Positions 47,060-60,949 of a stretch of 64,000 nucleotides of DNA are shown one piece after another. The notes under the pieces were generated by a model. The model searched no databases and was not told the origin of the DNA. It saw nothing but the letters and a program-made list of their open reading frames with translations. Location of the stretch: NCBI RefSeq assembly GCF_006345805.1, contig NC_043002.1, positions 42,532,001-42,596,000 of the forward strand, in the 5' to 3' direction. The DNA is from Octopus sinensis (taxonomy: Eukaryota). The stretch's first letter is position 1. Each line of letters starts with the position of its first letter. The position numbers were made by a program, and so were the translations under genes.

Positions 47060-49754
47060 AATAACTACCTTAGGATTTTGTGAATCTTAAGTTTGCAGAT
47101 CTTGATAACGACATTTTTGGTCTTTCCTTGTGGGGCATAAATAAACGAATGATTCGGATTGCCGACTCTCGAGCATCCCACATAAAGTTGGCTATGGGAG
47201 AAAACTGGTTCCACAAAGTTCAGACCTACCACATCCAAGGATTGCCTCTGGGCCTTGTTAATGCTCATTGCAAAGCTCTGTTTCAACGGAAATTGCAGGC
47301 GCTTGTACTGGAAAGGCATATCCGAGAGAATAATTGGAATTCTAGGAATGAAAACAGGCTCACCGCTTGCTTTACCAGTCAAAATTGTTGTCTCCATGAC
47401 TGTTAGCATCATCTTCTTTATTATAAGTCGTGTGCCATTGCAAAGCTCTGGTGAATCGAGATTTCGAAGCAGCATAACTGGTTCCCCATTCTTGAGGTGA
47501 GAGGCCGGGTGGTGTTAGACAATTCAAGAATTCAACTGGATAATTCACAGCCTCATCGATGTTGAGTACAGTGTCAATAGAATTGTAGATGTGATGCTCA
47601 CCTGGCAACTGTTCCAGAAGTTTGACGCTCAAATCATCAACCGCCACATTCTTTGGAACTAAAATGGCGCGGGTTTTCAGCCAGTTGTAATCTGTAAACT
47701 GATTCCCCAGGTAAGGAAACACCTTATTCATTAGTACCTTTAAATCAGATACCATATGTCCAAAAGGCAAGTTTACCCGGCCATCCTTCTCGCCAACCGA
47801 AGTGCCATTACCGACGTCCAACAGTTGCTTTGAAAAGGTTCTATTTGCATCATCACCATTGAGCTGCAGTCTCATGTTAGTTGTGAGTCTCAGCTTTTGC
47901 ACACTGCTCCATAGGTAAGACGACTTTATGCTGGCATTTATCTCATCACTTCTTATCCCCTTTAAAACGACGGGAAAGGTTTGTCTAAAGTCTCCTGCAA
48001 GCAAGACTGTGGCTCTTCCCATAAGCCTGGCGTTGTGTCTCAGATCGTGAAGTGCCGTGTCAAGAGCTTCAAAGGAAACCTTATGGCTCATTGTCGCCTC
48101 ATCCCAGATGATCGACCTGCATTCACTCAGAAGTTTGCCTTTTATAGAACCACGACTGATGTTGCAGTTTGCCTTCTCTTTCTTAGACAAAGGGAGTTTG
48201 AAACAGTGCGGCCACCACTTAGCAGAGTTGCAGTTATTCCACTTGATGCTACTGCTATGGTAATGTGTTTCATTTGGCGCAGTTTAGCCAGAAGAAGGAT
48301 GATGACAAATGTCTTGCCAGTTCCACCAGGAGCATCCAGAAAGAAAAGACTTCCTCTTTCACTTTCTATGCTCGAAATAATGGTCTTATAAACACCAAGT
48401 TGGTCCTCCATCAGTTTGTGTTCGTTATCAGCTATGTACTCCGTCATTTCCTCGATGTCATAGCTGCTTTCTTGCAGGTACTTAATTGCGAGATTGTTTG
48501 CTCCGGTTGAGGCAGACCAAATGTGGCAATGCCTTGACTTCCCATAGCTTGCACTCGGGTGTCCAGGTCAAGTAATGTCTCATTCTAAATGGCGTTATTG
48601 AACATGGCAATTTCCGCTGAGGTTTGCCTTTGAATCCTTTGTAGGATGTCCACTGCCATGCTGGTTTTATAGGTTGCCCAAAGTTTGAGAGGTTTACCCA
48701 AGCCACATGTCATCAACATGATAGAAAATAGCTTGTACAGTTGACTTGGTGCTCTACTGACTGCTGCCTTCTCCAATGTCTGGCCCCAGTGAGCATCGTC
48801 CTCCAGTAGTCCATGTTTGGCGCAGGCTTCTCTGTAGGTCGTGCAGACTTCCCCACTGTGTCTTCGAAGGTCTGACAGTGTGCAGCAGTAGACGCAGAAA
48901 GAAGCACACCTTATGATTAGGATGTACAGTGTACACCCATCCGATGGCTCCACTTCTGAAGACAGCATATTCTTCCCAGCCCTCAACGCGTGCTCCTTGC
49001 TTGTATCTGTTCCATCTATTGTGTGCCCAGATATAGTACACAGGAACTTCAACATACAATAGTGTTCAGGCAAATAGATCACATTGGCATAATTTGAAGA
49101 AAGCTGTCAAAGTGGTTTCTGGTAGATTCACTGCTACGTTTCGAGCATTGTCTTCTGTGAAATATACACGCTCCCCATTTTCAAAATGAACAGATAGATT
49201 CACCACTGTTGGATGCCGCTCGTGGATTTCGAAGCCCTCCTTAGAGGAAATATACCTGCCCAACTTATATTGCTAAATTTCATCTGCCTACCTGCCCTCC
49301 TGTTCAAGTCCCAAAACCGCCATATCTGAGCTCGTATTGATGTATTTACATACAGATTTAATACTTTTTATAGAGTTGCATGACTCGACATTAACATGGG
49401 CCTGCAATGTTTTAGACAGCAATGGGTTGTAGGGCACGATCCACTTGTTGTCAATTTCCATTCCTTGACCATTAACTTTGAGCTTGGAAACGTTTAGGAT
49501 GATCAAAGGAAAATGAATGGGTTATTTCCTTTGGCTGTTAAAGGAAAATATATTGATTACATATGTGGACCCCTTCTGGGGGCCCTAGCCATCCAATTAT
49601 ATATTTTTATTAAACTTCAATGAACCTAGTAACAAACTGGATGTTACATTAATATGTTTGCAAAATTTCACGAAAATTCGTTAACGAGTGTAGACGACAA
49701 CTTGACAAAAACAGACATCCAAACAGACAACTTGCGTTTATATATGTATATAGA
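47060..49754 (-). mobile_element. Internally deleted Helitron: 5' terminus + Rep C-terminus + PIF1-family helicase, pseudogenised
   Basis: A|TC start at 49754 (tctatatacatatataaacg). DNKWIVPYNP..HVNVE, FFLDAPGGTGKT, IIWDEATM, LLAGDFRQ, LCNGTRL, QFP...FAMSINKAQ.QSL and VFSHSQLYV..SRV are spread across several frames. No 3' hairpin/CTAG found. Confidence 0.92.
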
Positions 49755-50020
49755 TAATAATATCCAAATATTTATTTGGGTAATACAATTCTACACTCAA
49801 TATGTACTATAGTGTCGTCAAAACATTATGGGCGACGAGATAGTCAAACTCACGACATAACAGTTGATAAAAAGCATTTTACTGTTTTTGTTTTTGTTAT
49901 GAATTATTAATGTTAATTTAACTTTGGTGTAATGTCTTTTGCTTTCTGTTTGATTTACCTCGTGGAGAGCAAATAGGTATGTCTGTAACATAGAACAATA
50001 ATAATTTCTTCAGCATGTCG

Positions 50021-50335
<315 letters not shown>

Positions 50336-51032
50336 GTATGTTAGCTTGTGTCGTTGCTTGCTTTATACTTGAGTGTTCGTTAATATTATTTATCATGGTT
50401 TCTATTATTTCTATGAACAGACTTTCTACGTTTAAGAGGCGTTGCCTAAGTTGTTGATTTCTAATCTAAAATATTTCTGATGATGACCTTATTTCGTATA
50501 TCTCAGGTGTGTCTAACTTGATAATGTTGCCCAACTTTTTAGTAGCCATGTCACTCAGAGTCTTTAGTTGAAATATAGGCCAGAGAGTGTCATTGCGTGT
50601 AAGTATTTTTATTGTTCTGAAGAGATAAACTGCATTCACTTCTCTTTCAATGTGTGGAGAGAAAATATGAAGTATGTATGAAACAGATTCATGCAAATTT
50701 AGGATCTAGTCTGTTTCAGTCCCCTTTAATTTTGCTCAGATTGTCTCAGATTTGGTGTATCGATGCAGTTCTGAATGGTGATTACGCTCAACCAATTACC
50801 TTATCTCGTAAATTAAAGAATCTGATGTCATTTGGAATTAAAGTTTGGAAAATTTGTGTAAGTTTAGCCAATCAACAGACAGCGTGGCATTAACAGTAGT
50901 AACCATGACAACTGCAAGTTGTGTTGGTTCTTCATATTACAAGATTCACTTCACCCGCACGTTTTGTTTGTGTATATCACTGTTTATTTTTATTATTATT
51001 TTTCTGAAAAATTTTATAGTTATCAATTAGAA

Positions 51033-51592
51033 TATAGATGGTCATGGTCACATTATAGATCGTGATTCGTGTAGTGTGACCATCTAAACGTCTCATATCA
51101 GAAGTCTGAGATAATACATATAATGTGCCAGTTGGAAAAGAGAAGAGACACAACCGAGTAGAAGGCTTATGAAAGATTTATTGATATATTTACATGCATC
51201 TGTGTGGGTTGTATGTTTGCTGTTGACCATGATGAGGTAGCTCACGAACAGCGCTATTTTAGAACTTGTGCAGTGCTGCTGGTGCTGTGTACGTAGAGAT
51301 GTTGACGATGTTGGTGAGAGACATGATGGTGGCGACGAAGGTGGAGGTCGCTGCAATGCTGTTGGACGGGTGTTGTCTGGCGTCGACGCTGGAACTGGCA
51401 GTGTCGTGTGGTCGGTGACTAGACTTTAGAAGGTATGGAACCAAAAGACTTCGAGACAAGGAGAAGTTGAGCTTTATAAGTCACAGTAAGCTCAAATTGG
51501 GGTTTAGAACAGACTGTCTCACATGATTTATTTGGAAGCTGCGATTGGTTAGGTTGCATATTGGCGTGACAGAGTAAGAGACAAATTGCGCG
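51033..51592 (-). mobile_element. LTR family X, diverged partial copy
   Basis: Shares the CCAAT/TATA/R-region motifs with 520-830 (reverse complement) and the U5 motifs with 5030-5105. Terminal hairpin at ~51035-51086. Confidence 0.6.
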
Positions 51593-51722
51593 AATTTTTC
51601 GAGCCCGAAAGGATGAAAGGCAAAGTCGACCTCGGCAGAATTTTAACTCAGAACATAAAGGCAAACGAAATACCACTAACGTTTCTGATAGCTCGTGCCT
51701 TTTTTCATATATATTTTACTCA

Positions 51723-53247
51723 TGTAGGGACTTTGCTTAGTCCTGCTTGAGATTTGAAACCAAATCCACTCGCTTGTTCTTTGTCAAAGTGACCAGGAAA
51801 TCCTCTCCACACCAGATGATTGATGAGGAAGCACTTGATTCCCAAGGACCTGTGCTGGCCAAAGAAAGGTTAATCCTTTGCTTAGGGTTTGACCTACATT
51901 ACTGACCATAGTCTTTATAACAGAGAACACTTCCTATCTCTTCCACTTTTTTGTGTCAGCAGACTAAGGAGCAACACACTCTTCTGCGCCAGCCATGACC
52001 AAGAGCAACGCTTTTCTTTGGTCTTAGCTTGGCGTACGAACAGAAGCTTTCAGCTGCAAGAAAGACGATGCCACCTTTATCCTTTCTTTCTTTCTAGTCA
52101 GCACCGTGCATTCTTTACTCTTTCATCAACTACTAACCAGCGAGCCAACCTTGTTGTCACTGTCTCTAGAATCGCCGTTGTCTCTTTAACTACCTGTCGG
52201 GCAAACGAATAAATATATGTAAATAATATTTCTTCCTTCTTGGTGTTGCTTCTTCAATGTTCGCTGGTTACTCCGACGCAAGAACCTTCATCTACATGCT
52301 ACATTCAGTAGTGGGCTACATCATATCGACCTAATATCACATCTTTCATCCAACCCACTACAATTGGTGATCCTGAACTGAAAGATCAACAGCCTTCGTC
52401 TAACAGCCGTTGCCACGTATGCTTCCTGACATTCTTGTACATGATTGCCTCTACTTCACCAACTTCATTGCATTTGGAAAACGAAGACAATTTTTTGTTC
52501 TGCAGTAACCCAAACTCAAGAACTACAGCCGTCACATCATGCTCGTCACATCGAAGACAAGAATAACAACTTCCACTATATGCAGTTTCCATTCCGACTA
52601 TCACATAACATGAAGGAGAAGAACTCACTGACACAATGGAAACCCACCATGCACTTTTGATCTGCCACAGAATGCACTCCACTACGTTGCACAGCCACAA
52701 AATAAACATCTACAATAAAAAAAACGCAACGTTTCGACAGCCATCCAACCCAAAACTACCTGGATGAAAATATGGGAGTCCGCACACGCAACTTTTCAAA
52801 CGCAGTCATGCATTTAACCTGCATGCCATGCTCTTCTGCATCAGTCATGACCAAGAGCAACACTTTCCTTCGCCCTTCGCTCGTCATACAAAGAGAAGCT
52901 TTCGGCCACAAAAAAGACGATGCCATCTTTATCCTTTCTTCCTTTCTAGTCAGCACCACGCATTCTTTACTCTTTCACTCTCTACTGACAGACAACCTTT
53001 TTCTACACTATCAACTACTAACCAGCGAGCCAACCTTGTCACTATCACTAGAATTGCCAGTGTCTCTTTAACTACCTGTCAAATAAATATATGTAAATAA
53101 CATTTCTTCCTTCTTGGTGTTATTTCTTCAATGTTCATTGGATACTCCGATACGAGAACCTTCAAGCGTTACATCTACATGCGACATTCGGTAGTAGGCT
53201 ACATCATATCGATGTGATATGGCACATCATCACTTCAGACCACTACA
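51723..53247 (+). mobile_element. Miniature LTR element (family Y): full 5' LTR, PBS, ~470-bp internal region, partial 3' LTR
   Basis: LTR1 TGTAG (51723) ... CCACTACA (52362), followed by at-TGGTGATCC (PBS-like). 51979-52362 is repeated at 52831-53247, also ending CCACTACA. Confidence 0.7.
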
Positions 53248-53606
53248 CATATATTTTGTGAAGTTTTTCTGTTTTTACCTTGCTTGGAATGGCTGCATGC
53301 ACATTCAAGCCATTTAATTGTAACCACTTTGAAGAAGATTTTGAAAACAGAGGTGGATGCAGTAAATAATTTGTAAGAAAAGGGTATTATCCCTAAAAAA
53401 ATGAGGTGCAGTAAATCTAGGCACAACATAAGTAAGAAAGTGGTTGTGGGAATTTAAACTGGCAGTGCACTCGCAATGGTTGCAGCAAATGTTTGTCAGT
53501 AAGGACAAGGACATGGTTGGAAGGTAGTGCTCTTCCTCTTATGACTATATTGTTATTTAATGTGTCTTTCGCTTTTAAAATGTTAGTGTGAGGGAGATTT
53601 GGCTGT

Positions 53607-53985
53607 TCATCATCATCATCGTTTAATGTCCGCTTTCCATGCTAGCATGGGTTGGACGGTTCAACTGGGGTCTGGGAAGCCAGGAGGCTGCACCAGGCCC
53701 AGTCTGATCTGGCAATGTTTCTACGGCTGGATGCCCTTCCTAATGCCAACCACTCCTTGAGTGTAGTGGGTGCTTTTTATGTGCCACCAGCACAGGTGCC
53801 AGACGAGGCTGGCAACGGCCATGATCGGATGGTGCTTTTTACGTGCCACCGGCACTGGTATCACAGCTACAATTTCCATTGATGTTGATCGATTTTGATT
53901 TTGATTTTGATTTTCACTTGCCTCAACAGGTCTTCACAAGTAGAGTTTTGTGTCCCAAGAAGGAAAAGGTATGCATAAGCGGACT
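53607..53985 (-). mobile_element. RTE-type LINE/SINE 3' end with (GAT)n tail
   Basis: catcatcatcatcgtttaatgtccgctttccatgc...ggatgcccttcctaatgccaacc, recognised from memory as an RTE-tail repeat. Confidence 0.6.
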
Positions 53986-55779
53986 GAGGCTGTTATTTCT
54001 AGCAAATTGAACAACCACACAGATTACCTCATTGGCTCATTTGCTGATGTGTATAAGTAAACAAAAACTAAAGGAAATGGATCTTTGTCTGTTTTTAGGA
54101 TGATTATTCTAGTTGTATGATCAACTGAACTGGTTACACATTCAACTGGTATTTATTTCATTGACCCTGAAAGGATGAAAGGCAAAGTCAATCTAGGTGG
54201 AAATTGAACTCAGAATGTAAAGCATTTTGTCCAGTGTGCTAATGATTCTGTCAGTTTGTAGTCTCATGCTTACACATTATATTAACATATAACAGGCTGA
54301 ATACACCACAGCACACATGTACCCACAACATGATCCATAAGTACAACCCAGTGTAACATGGTTAGGCCTTTTAATTACAGGCCCAGGATCTAGTTATAGT
54401 GTAATTTGGCTGAGTATTCCATAGATATATGTAGCTTTAATGTAACCCTAGGACAGAATCAGCGTGGTACGTGATAAACATAGTCAGAGTCTCAACTGCA
54501 TGTTTCTCAACTATTTAGAAAAATACACCATTCACTGAAAATTTGTGGAAAATCACAAAAAATTTAACTAAATATCAGATAAATAATTCTATTGACAGCG
54601 AGCTGTTGGTCGCAGATTTCAGTATTCCCCCTTATTGGTAACATATTTGATATGAGACTAGGTTGGCTCTTTAAATTAGTTGTACTTCATTTGGCAGGGT
54701 TCTACACAATTTCTATTTAGACAACTTTACCCCCAATGCTTTGACCACCTGACAGATTAACTATTAAGTCACTCCCAGATGTGCTTTTATCCTCTCTGTG
54801 CCATTTCAACTGCTACTATATGGCTTCTGCTCTTTGCAGCTAGCTGAGCTCACCTCACCTCCTCTTAAACATACTCATCCCACTTGCCTCTTCTCTTCTC
54901 ATCATCCCTCTTATGTCCACCCCACCTCATCCCAACCCACCTACATGGCCTCACATTTATCTCTATGCTCAGTCCTTTCTCCCCACAAATGGCTTCCAGC
55001 AGGAAATCTCTCCTTCCTCATATCTTCCCACAGATGTTAGTTTACAAAGGTTTACAAGAAACATCATTGTCATTAATCATTAATCTCACTTATCTAGATG
55101 GTCCGTGAAGGGCATGGGCACTGTCCCTTCTTTCAGACCAAACACGGATAGAAGATAAAACAAAAAAAAAAAAGATCAGTCCAAAACTAGGCTAAAAAAT
55201 ACTTGCTCAAGATGTGATGGAGTTGGATCGAACTCAACACTATGAAGTGAACTTGTTAATCACCTGTCCGTGTGCCCCTCTCCCATCCCTGCCAAAGATG
55301 GAGAGATAAAACTGCTCATGTGGTGGGCAAGTAATGTATTTGATAGGTTTGGCTGAATGAATCAGAATAGTTATTTCCTAAATGATATGGAAGGAAAAAA
55401 GGGAACAGAATTTAAGGGTGGGATGTGAAAGAGAATTTTGAGAAAATTTTCCATTGTATCAAACAAAAGAAGATTAAAAACAAAATGAAGGAAACCTGCC
55501 TACTTCACTTTTCCTTTTCTGTGAGGTATGGAACTTTGAAGGACCGTTGTTCCAAAAATTCTGCCCAGAATGGATGGAGTACCAGACTAAATGCTTTGTT
55601 CTATTTAGTTATGCTCCTCTGCATTCTGAGTTGAAATCCCACAAAAGTCAGTTTTACCTTTAATTCAACAGGTATCAATAAAATATATTACACTAGCTTG
55701 TCAATAACAACACATTTCTCCATTCTTTTTGATTATCTTTATTCTTCTATTGTAAAAGGGGATTATCATATACACCTTT

Positions 55780-56020
55780 CTTCCCTTTGTTTTTGTATGA
55801 GTGCATTACAGATGCATCTTTGAACAGTTGGGGAACAGATCCAGTTTCTCAGATCAAACAGATCAATTTGCACAGCTTAACTTACAAGTTGTCTGCTACC
55901 ATGCTTGTACACCTCTATGGGAATATCATCTTGTCCAGGAGCTTTACCATGGGAAAGTTTTTTGAAACCAGCTCTTTCTCTATTGACAAGAAAAGTTGAA
56001 ATAAAACTGAACAATGACAT
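55780..56020 (-). mobile_element. RTE-clade RT N-terminal fragment
   Basis: KKLSHGKAPGQDDIPIEVYKHG...LHRLICLIWETGSVPQLFKDASVM. Confidence 0.75.
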
Positions 56021-56126
56021 GTATGTATGTATGTAAGCATGCATGCATACATACATACATACATACATACATACATACATACATACATACATACATACAT
56101 ACATACATACATACATACATACATAA

Positions 56127-56336
56127 ATGCTAACAGCAAATTGGTCCACAGAGCTGTTGATAAGAATTGAATTTACCACATCAGTCACTAACAAAATTAG
56201 GCTGTCAACAGGAATATTTCAATGTGACATAGTATCTCTAAAACTTTTCCTCCTAGTAGCAAAGACCTTCTCAGTTTTGTTAAGGAGACAGAAAGGTTAT
56301 ATGATAAAATCTACACAGCGGTGGATTAACCATTAG
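56127..56336 (+). mobile_element. R4/Dong-type RT fragment
   Basis: W.T.L......VT..IRLSTGIFQCDIVSLKLF, similar to the GIFQGDSLS.LLF motif. Confidence 0.6.
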
Positions 56337-57105
56337 GCAAAATAAGCACCTGCTTAGGGTACCAAAGAAAGTGGGGCACCACAGAAATAAGCAATGGTGT
56401 ATTGCACAAAAAAAATTACTTTAAACTTGCTAAAAATAATATTCAGAGTGTCTAATTTCTACTTAGTATAGTAGTAACTGTGTTGCATAAGATTAATTTT
56501 GAGGATCTAATCAAAGACTTTGGTAAGTAAAAAAAAAAATTGGAGAAGATTTGTGAAATATAAATAAAGTAAAAGTACAAAAATTCACAAGATCCAAGTT
56601 TTCCCTCATAACTGTATGTATATATGTGTGTGTGTGTATATATATATATCGGAGTGATATCGAGATTAAACAGGCGAAATTACTAAGATGATCCGGTTCC
56701 CAACTGAAGATTAGAGGCTTCGAGTGACCCGTCGGTTTTTTGTGCCGTCTCCTTGTGTGTTTTTGCGTTCTTGTCCCACTTGGTAATTTATATTTTATAT
56801 TAAATTCTATACATATATATATATATATATATATATATGTATTTGTGTGTGTGTGTGTGTATATATATGTGTGTGTGTATATAAGTTATTACATATGTGT
56901 GTGTGTATATATATGTGTGTGTGTGTGTGTGTGTGCTGGAGTAGGTACATAAATGTGAAACAAGGTGGAAAAAATAGTATTCGAATACCAGAGGTAGAGT
57001 AATAAGCTTTATTGAGTAACAGTTTTTGTGATATTTTTACTGCTTTTCAATAAAATATATATGTATATATATAATCACTCTCTCTCTCTCTTTCTCTCTC
57101 TCTCT

Positions 57106-57227
<122 letters not shown>

Positions 57228-57419
57228 ATAACGAGTGAATGAGAAAAACGACGGAAGGGTTTAAAAATGCGTAAAAATAATTGAAGATAAATGAAACAAA
57301 ATTGAAGCCAAAACATTAAAAATTATTGAAAGTGGGTAGAAATAAACACTACGTAGTGTAGTAGTACTACGCTAGGGTATCTGTAGAAAGTTGAATGTGA
57401 TTTCGGAATATAACGAGGA

Positions 57420-58800
57420 AAAATTCAGATCTTGGGAATTTTCTGAAAGTCCTTTCCCCACCTCAAGATTTTCCCCACAAATTACTTTATAATTGTAATG
57501 TATGCTGTTTGAAAGGTATTTTTATATAAAATTTCATTGAGAAAAAACCCCATTTTCCTAAAAGTTACAAGTAAAAAATCGGATCTTGTGAATTTTCCGA
57601 GGTCTTTTCCCAACCCCCTTGGGGAAGATTTTCCCCACAAATTTCTTTATAATCGTAATATATGCCATTTGAAAGGTATTTCTATAAAATTTCATTAAAA
57701 AAAACCTCATTTTCCTAAAAGTTATGTGGGTGTAGCGAGCGAGCGACCGTACGTAAAGGAGATGGTGACAGAAATGTCTCCTTTTAAACGCCGCACGGTC
57801 GTCCCACAAAGAAGAAGCTAAATATAGGGCATAAAAGAATGAGTGACAATGAATAAGGAAGAAGACACAACCGTTCTACTGTTTGAGAGAAGAAGTTTTA
57901 TTTACAGAATGTGTACATAATGATAAGAGCGTGTGTGATTGCTAGCAGAGTGTTAGTCTGAGTGCGTGCGACAAGTGTGTCTGTATCTGTGTATCCGTTG
58001 TAAGTACGTGCGACATATGGTGTGTGTATGTGGGTGCTTAAAGAAGAACAATAAAGAGCAAATAGAGAACAAATAGAAAATGTTCAGACTAGATGGCGTT
58101 AATTACCAGTTCGAAAGATACACAATAGTAGTTAGTTCTGTATCAATGAAGTTGGTGACAAAGAGGAGAGCGGTTACTACGTGTGTATAAGTTGTGGCTT
58201 CAATCCATTGCCAGGTTGCTTTGGTATAGAAAGTTCTCACAGGTAGACAGGAGCTGTTAACCTTGGTGAATTCACAACAGCGTAAAGTTGAACCTGAGCA
58301 AGCTGCTGTGTACGTATTGTTGAAGCCGACGGTGGAGAAAGGCGACGTTGAGGTGATGGCGACGGTGGAGAACAGTCCTGAGATGCTGCATGTTGGTGCC
58401 GTCACAGAAACATTGGCTGAAGTCGCTGGAACTGGTTGAGTCGCGGGAACTAGCTGGTCTGGTTGTGGTCAATGGTCGAAGACCAAAGACAAGATATAAT
58501 GAATTGCTGAGGCCTTTTAAAGCAAAAGGTAGGCTCCAGTGAAAATTAAAAAAACTGTGTCATGGGACCTTACCCGAAGGCCGTGATTGGTTGGCTTACA
58601 CACTGGTGCGAAAGAAGACTGCACCAAAACCAACCAATCAGGGCAGTGGACACAACCGGTCCCAAGCAGCCGAAGAATGGCTGCTATCTGCCACGACATC
58701 ATTTCTATGATCTCTCTCAAACAGTGAGGATATCACCGAGCTACACTACAAGGGAAAAACACGGATCATGTGAAATTTCCGAGGTCCTCTCCCAAGCCTC
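57420..58800. repeat. 160-bp-period tandem repeat (two units plus part of a third), split by a solo LTR
   Basis: aagattttccccacaaatt at 57465 and 57625; cggatc.tgtgaa.tttccgaggtc.t.tcccaa at 57580 and 58762. Confidence 0.75.
57731..58723 (-). mobile_element. Solo LTR family X, intact ends
   Basis: Minus strand TGT (58723) ... ACA (57731); flanks gtggg/gtgag (4 of 5 match, probable TSD); CCAAT boxes, TATA-like tttaaaa and AATAAA in order. Confidence 0.75.
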
Positions 58801-59744
58801 CCGTTGCTTTGCGCGCATTTTTTTTCATATTCGTTTCCTCCAAATTTTTTAAAACCCGTTGCACTATTTTTTTCTGATTTTTGTTTCCGGGTCAAGTTGT
58901 AAACATTAAAGACATTGGTTAACTACATTATTTAAATAACTTACTGTTAGTTTTGTTTCATTTTGAAAAATAAAAATTTATTTTATGGTTTAATATTGTT
59001 TATATTTTGAATTACATATATCTGGGAACATCAAAATCTTTATGGGTTTTAATATGGCTCTGGATCTACAGATATGCGAAAGCGTAACGTCACACATTAC
59101 CTTTTTGTTGATGTACTCGAGAAGTATTTACATCAAGATACAAAATAGGACAATATTTGATCGTCAAATGAGAACACGTTATCGACCAGAAAAGGATTAT
59201 GGATATCAATGGCATTATCACCATTATCACTTTAATGTTAGAAATACTTTAGAATTGATGAGAATATTGCATACGTTGGTTAATACTGTGAGTAACGCAA
59301 AAGTGACAGAGTAATACTTATGGACACTTCTGAAGATATGGTAGTCAGAGCTATTTGCGTTCAATGAAATCGAATCCCACAGACTTAAACTTTTAGAATG
59401 TCTAATGGGTAACTCATTTATATTAACGTAGAATTGTATTATCCCTTCCTGGTTTGTAAGAACTGATCAATAATATCAATACAAGTATTTACAATCGGTT
59501 CTTCAAAATAAGAAAAAAAATTATAAAGCCCCCCCCCCCTCTCCCTCTTCCCTACCATCAATAAATATAGAAAGCTGTTTTGCAGATACAATATTAAATT
59601 AGGTTACTGTTGCACGACTAACGTGTTATACGCTCCCAACAAAAATGAGGCCATATTCTCACTCAGAAATATCAATGCAGAAGTCATAAACGATAAACAG
59701 ACACGGGAAAAGGAACATTCGATATAATAATTTACAGAAGTACG

Positions 59745-59910
59745 TATTCTTTTAGTCGTATCGAAAAGAGAAATTACCTCAATTAAAAGAAAATCCTAAC
59801 TACAAATATGAATTTGAAAATTATAGAAAGATCGAAACGTTACAAAAACAGAAGCAACAAATGTGCTCTTTGCACAGCTGAAAATTGTCGGAAACTGCAT
59901 AAACATGACT
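59745..59910 (+). mobile_element. Penelope-like GIY-YIG C-terminal scrap
   Basis: LKENPNY...KIIERSKRYKNRSNKCALCTAE, similar to 46250-46320 and 37130-37230. Confidence 0.55.
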
Positions 59911-60281
59911 TCATCTGAACATCATATCAGAAATTTTTGGGAAGAACAAACAATTTGAAATCATCTAATAACTGAGGCGTGACATCTTCCCCTGACTAAT
60001 AAAACACTAGCCGGAGCATATATGTTGACATAGGAGCCCATTACGTTCCATGATTAAATAAGTGAGTGGACTTGGTATTGTTCACCTAGCACACCCAGAA
60101 ACCCTCCCTTACAACATTGATTTTCAAAGACAACAGTGAAATTCAACACGGACACTAGTCTTATTAACTTAGATGTCATCCAGTTTATCTGATATGCGGA
60201 TTAACATAGAATGGTTTCTCTCTCTCTCTCTCCTTCCCCCTCTCTCTTTCTCTCTCTTCTTCCCCCCTCTCTCCCTCTCTT

Positions 60282-60320
<39 letters not shown>

Positions 60321-60949
60321 CTATGTATCAAGCTTGCTAGCACTGTGTGCGTGTGCGAGTGCACGTCTATATATGTATTTATTTACGAATATATACACGT
60401 ATACATACATTCATCCGGTAAAAGCTTTTGAAGTGTGTGGAACAACCTCTTAGTCACTATTGTTTTCATGTGTACTCTGACTGAGTAGTAGCATCTGTCA
60501 GGGTCCCAGCTATGGGGTAACTAGCATAAGTGATGGCAAGTCATTTGAGCGCGGAGACACAGAAATATCCTTGTGTCAGGGCATACCCTTGTGTCAAGGC
60601 TCTCGGTAAAACCACCTGGTTGTCCCAGCGACATCTTAGGAGAGATAGACACACTGATGTAAAACCTACAGGTTCACGATATTACTAGTCAGCTGTGCTT
60701 TGGCATTTAGAAAACTGATACTGTTGTATAAGAATTTATCACTATAATCTAATGACGTACAAATGTCTCTTTATGATGATCTCATTTGTCATTTCCTCCA
60801 CTGAAAGTTCTAGAGCGGTGGAAGAGTGGCAACATATGCTGACCTCACCAGTTAGAAGTGCACAGTAAATTACAATTTTCATATATCATCTATGTTTCAA
60901 ATCCGCTACACCATCCGCTACACCTTGAACACATCTCCAAAGAAGTTGT

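Noticed and set aside
47065-48447. Host PIF1 helicase gene
   Set aside because: Intronless, frameshifted, fused to Helitron Rep motifs and preceded by a Helitron 5' terminus.
57420-57725. Regularly spaced repeats here, at 19186-19615 and at 51979-53247 as possible CRISPR arrays
   Set aside because: Units are 160-400 bp with no short constant repeat/unique spacer pattern. The context is eukaryotic and there are no cas genes.
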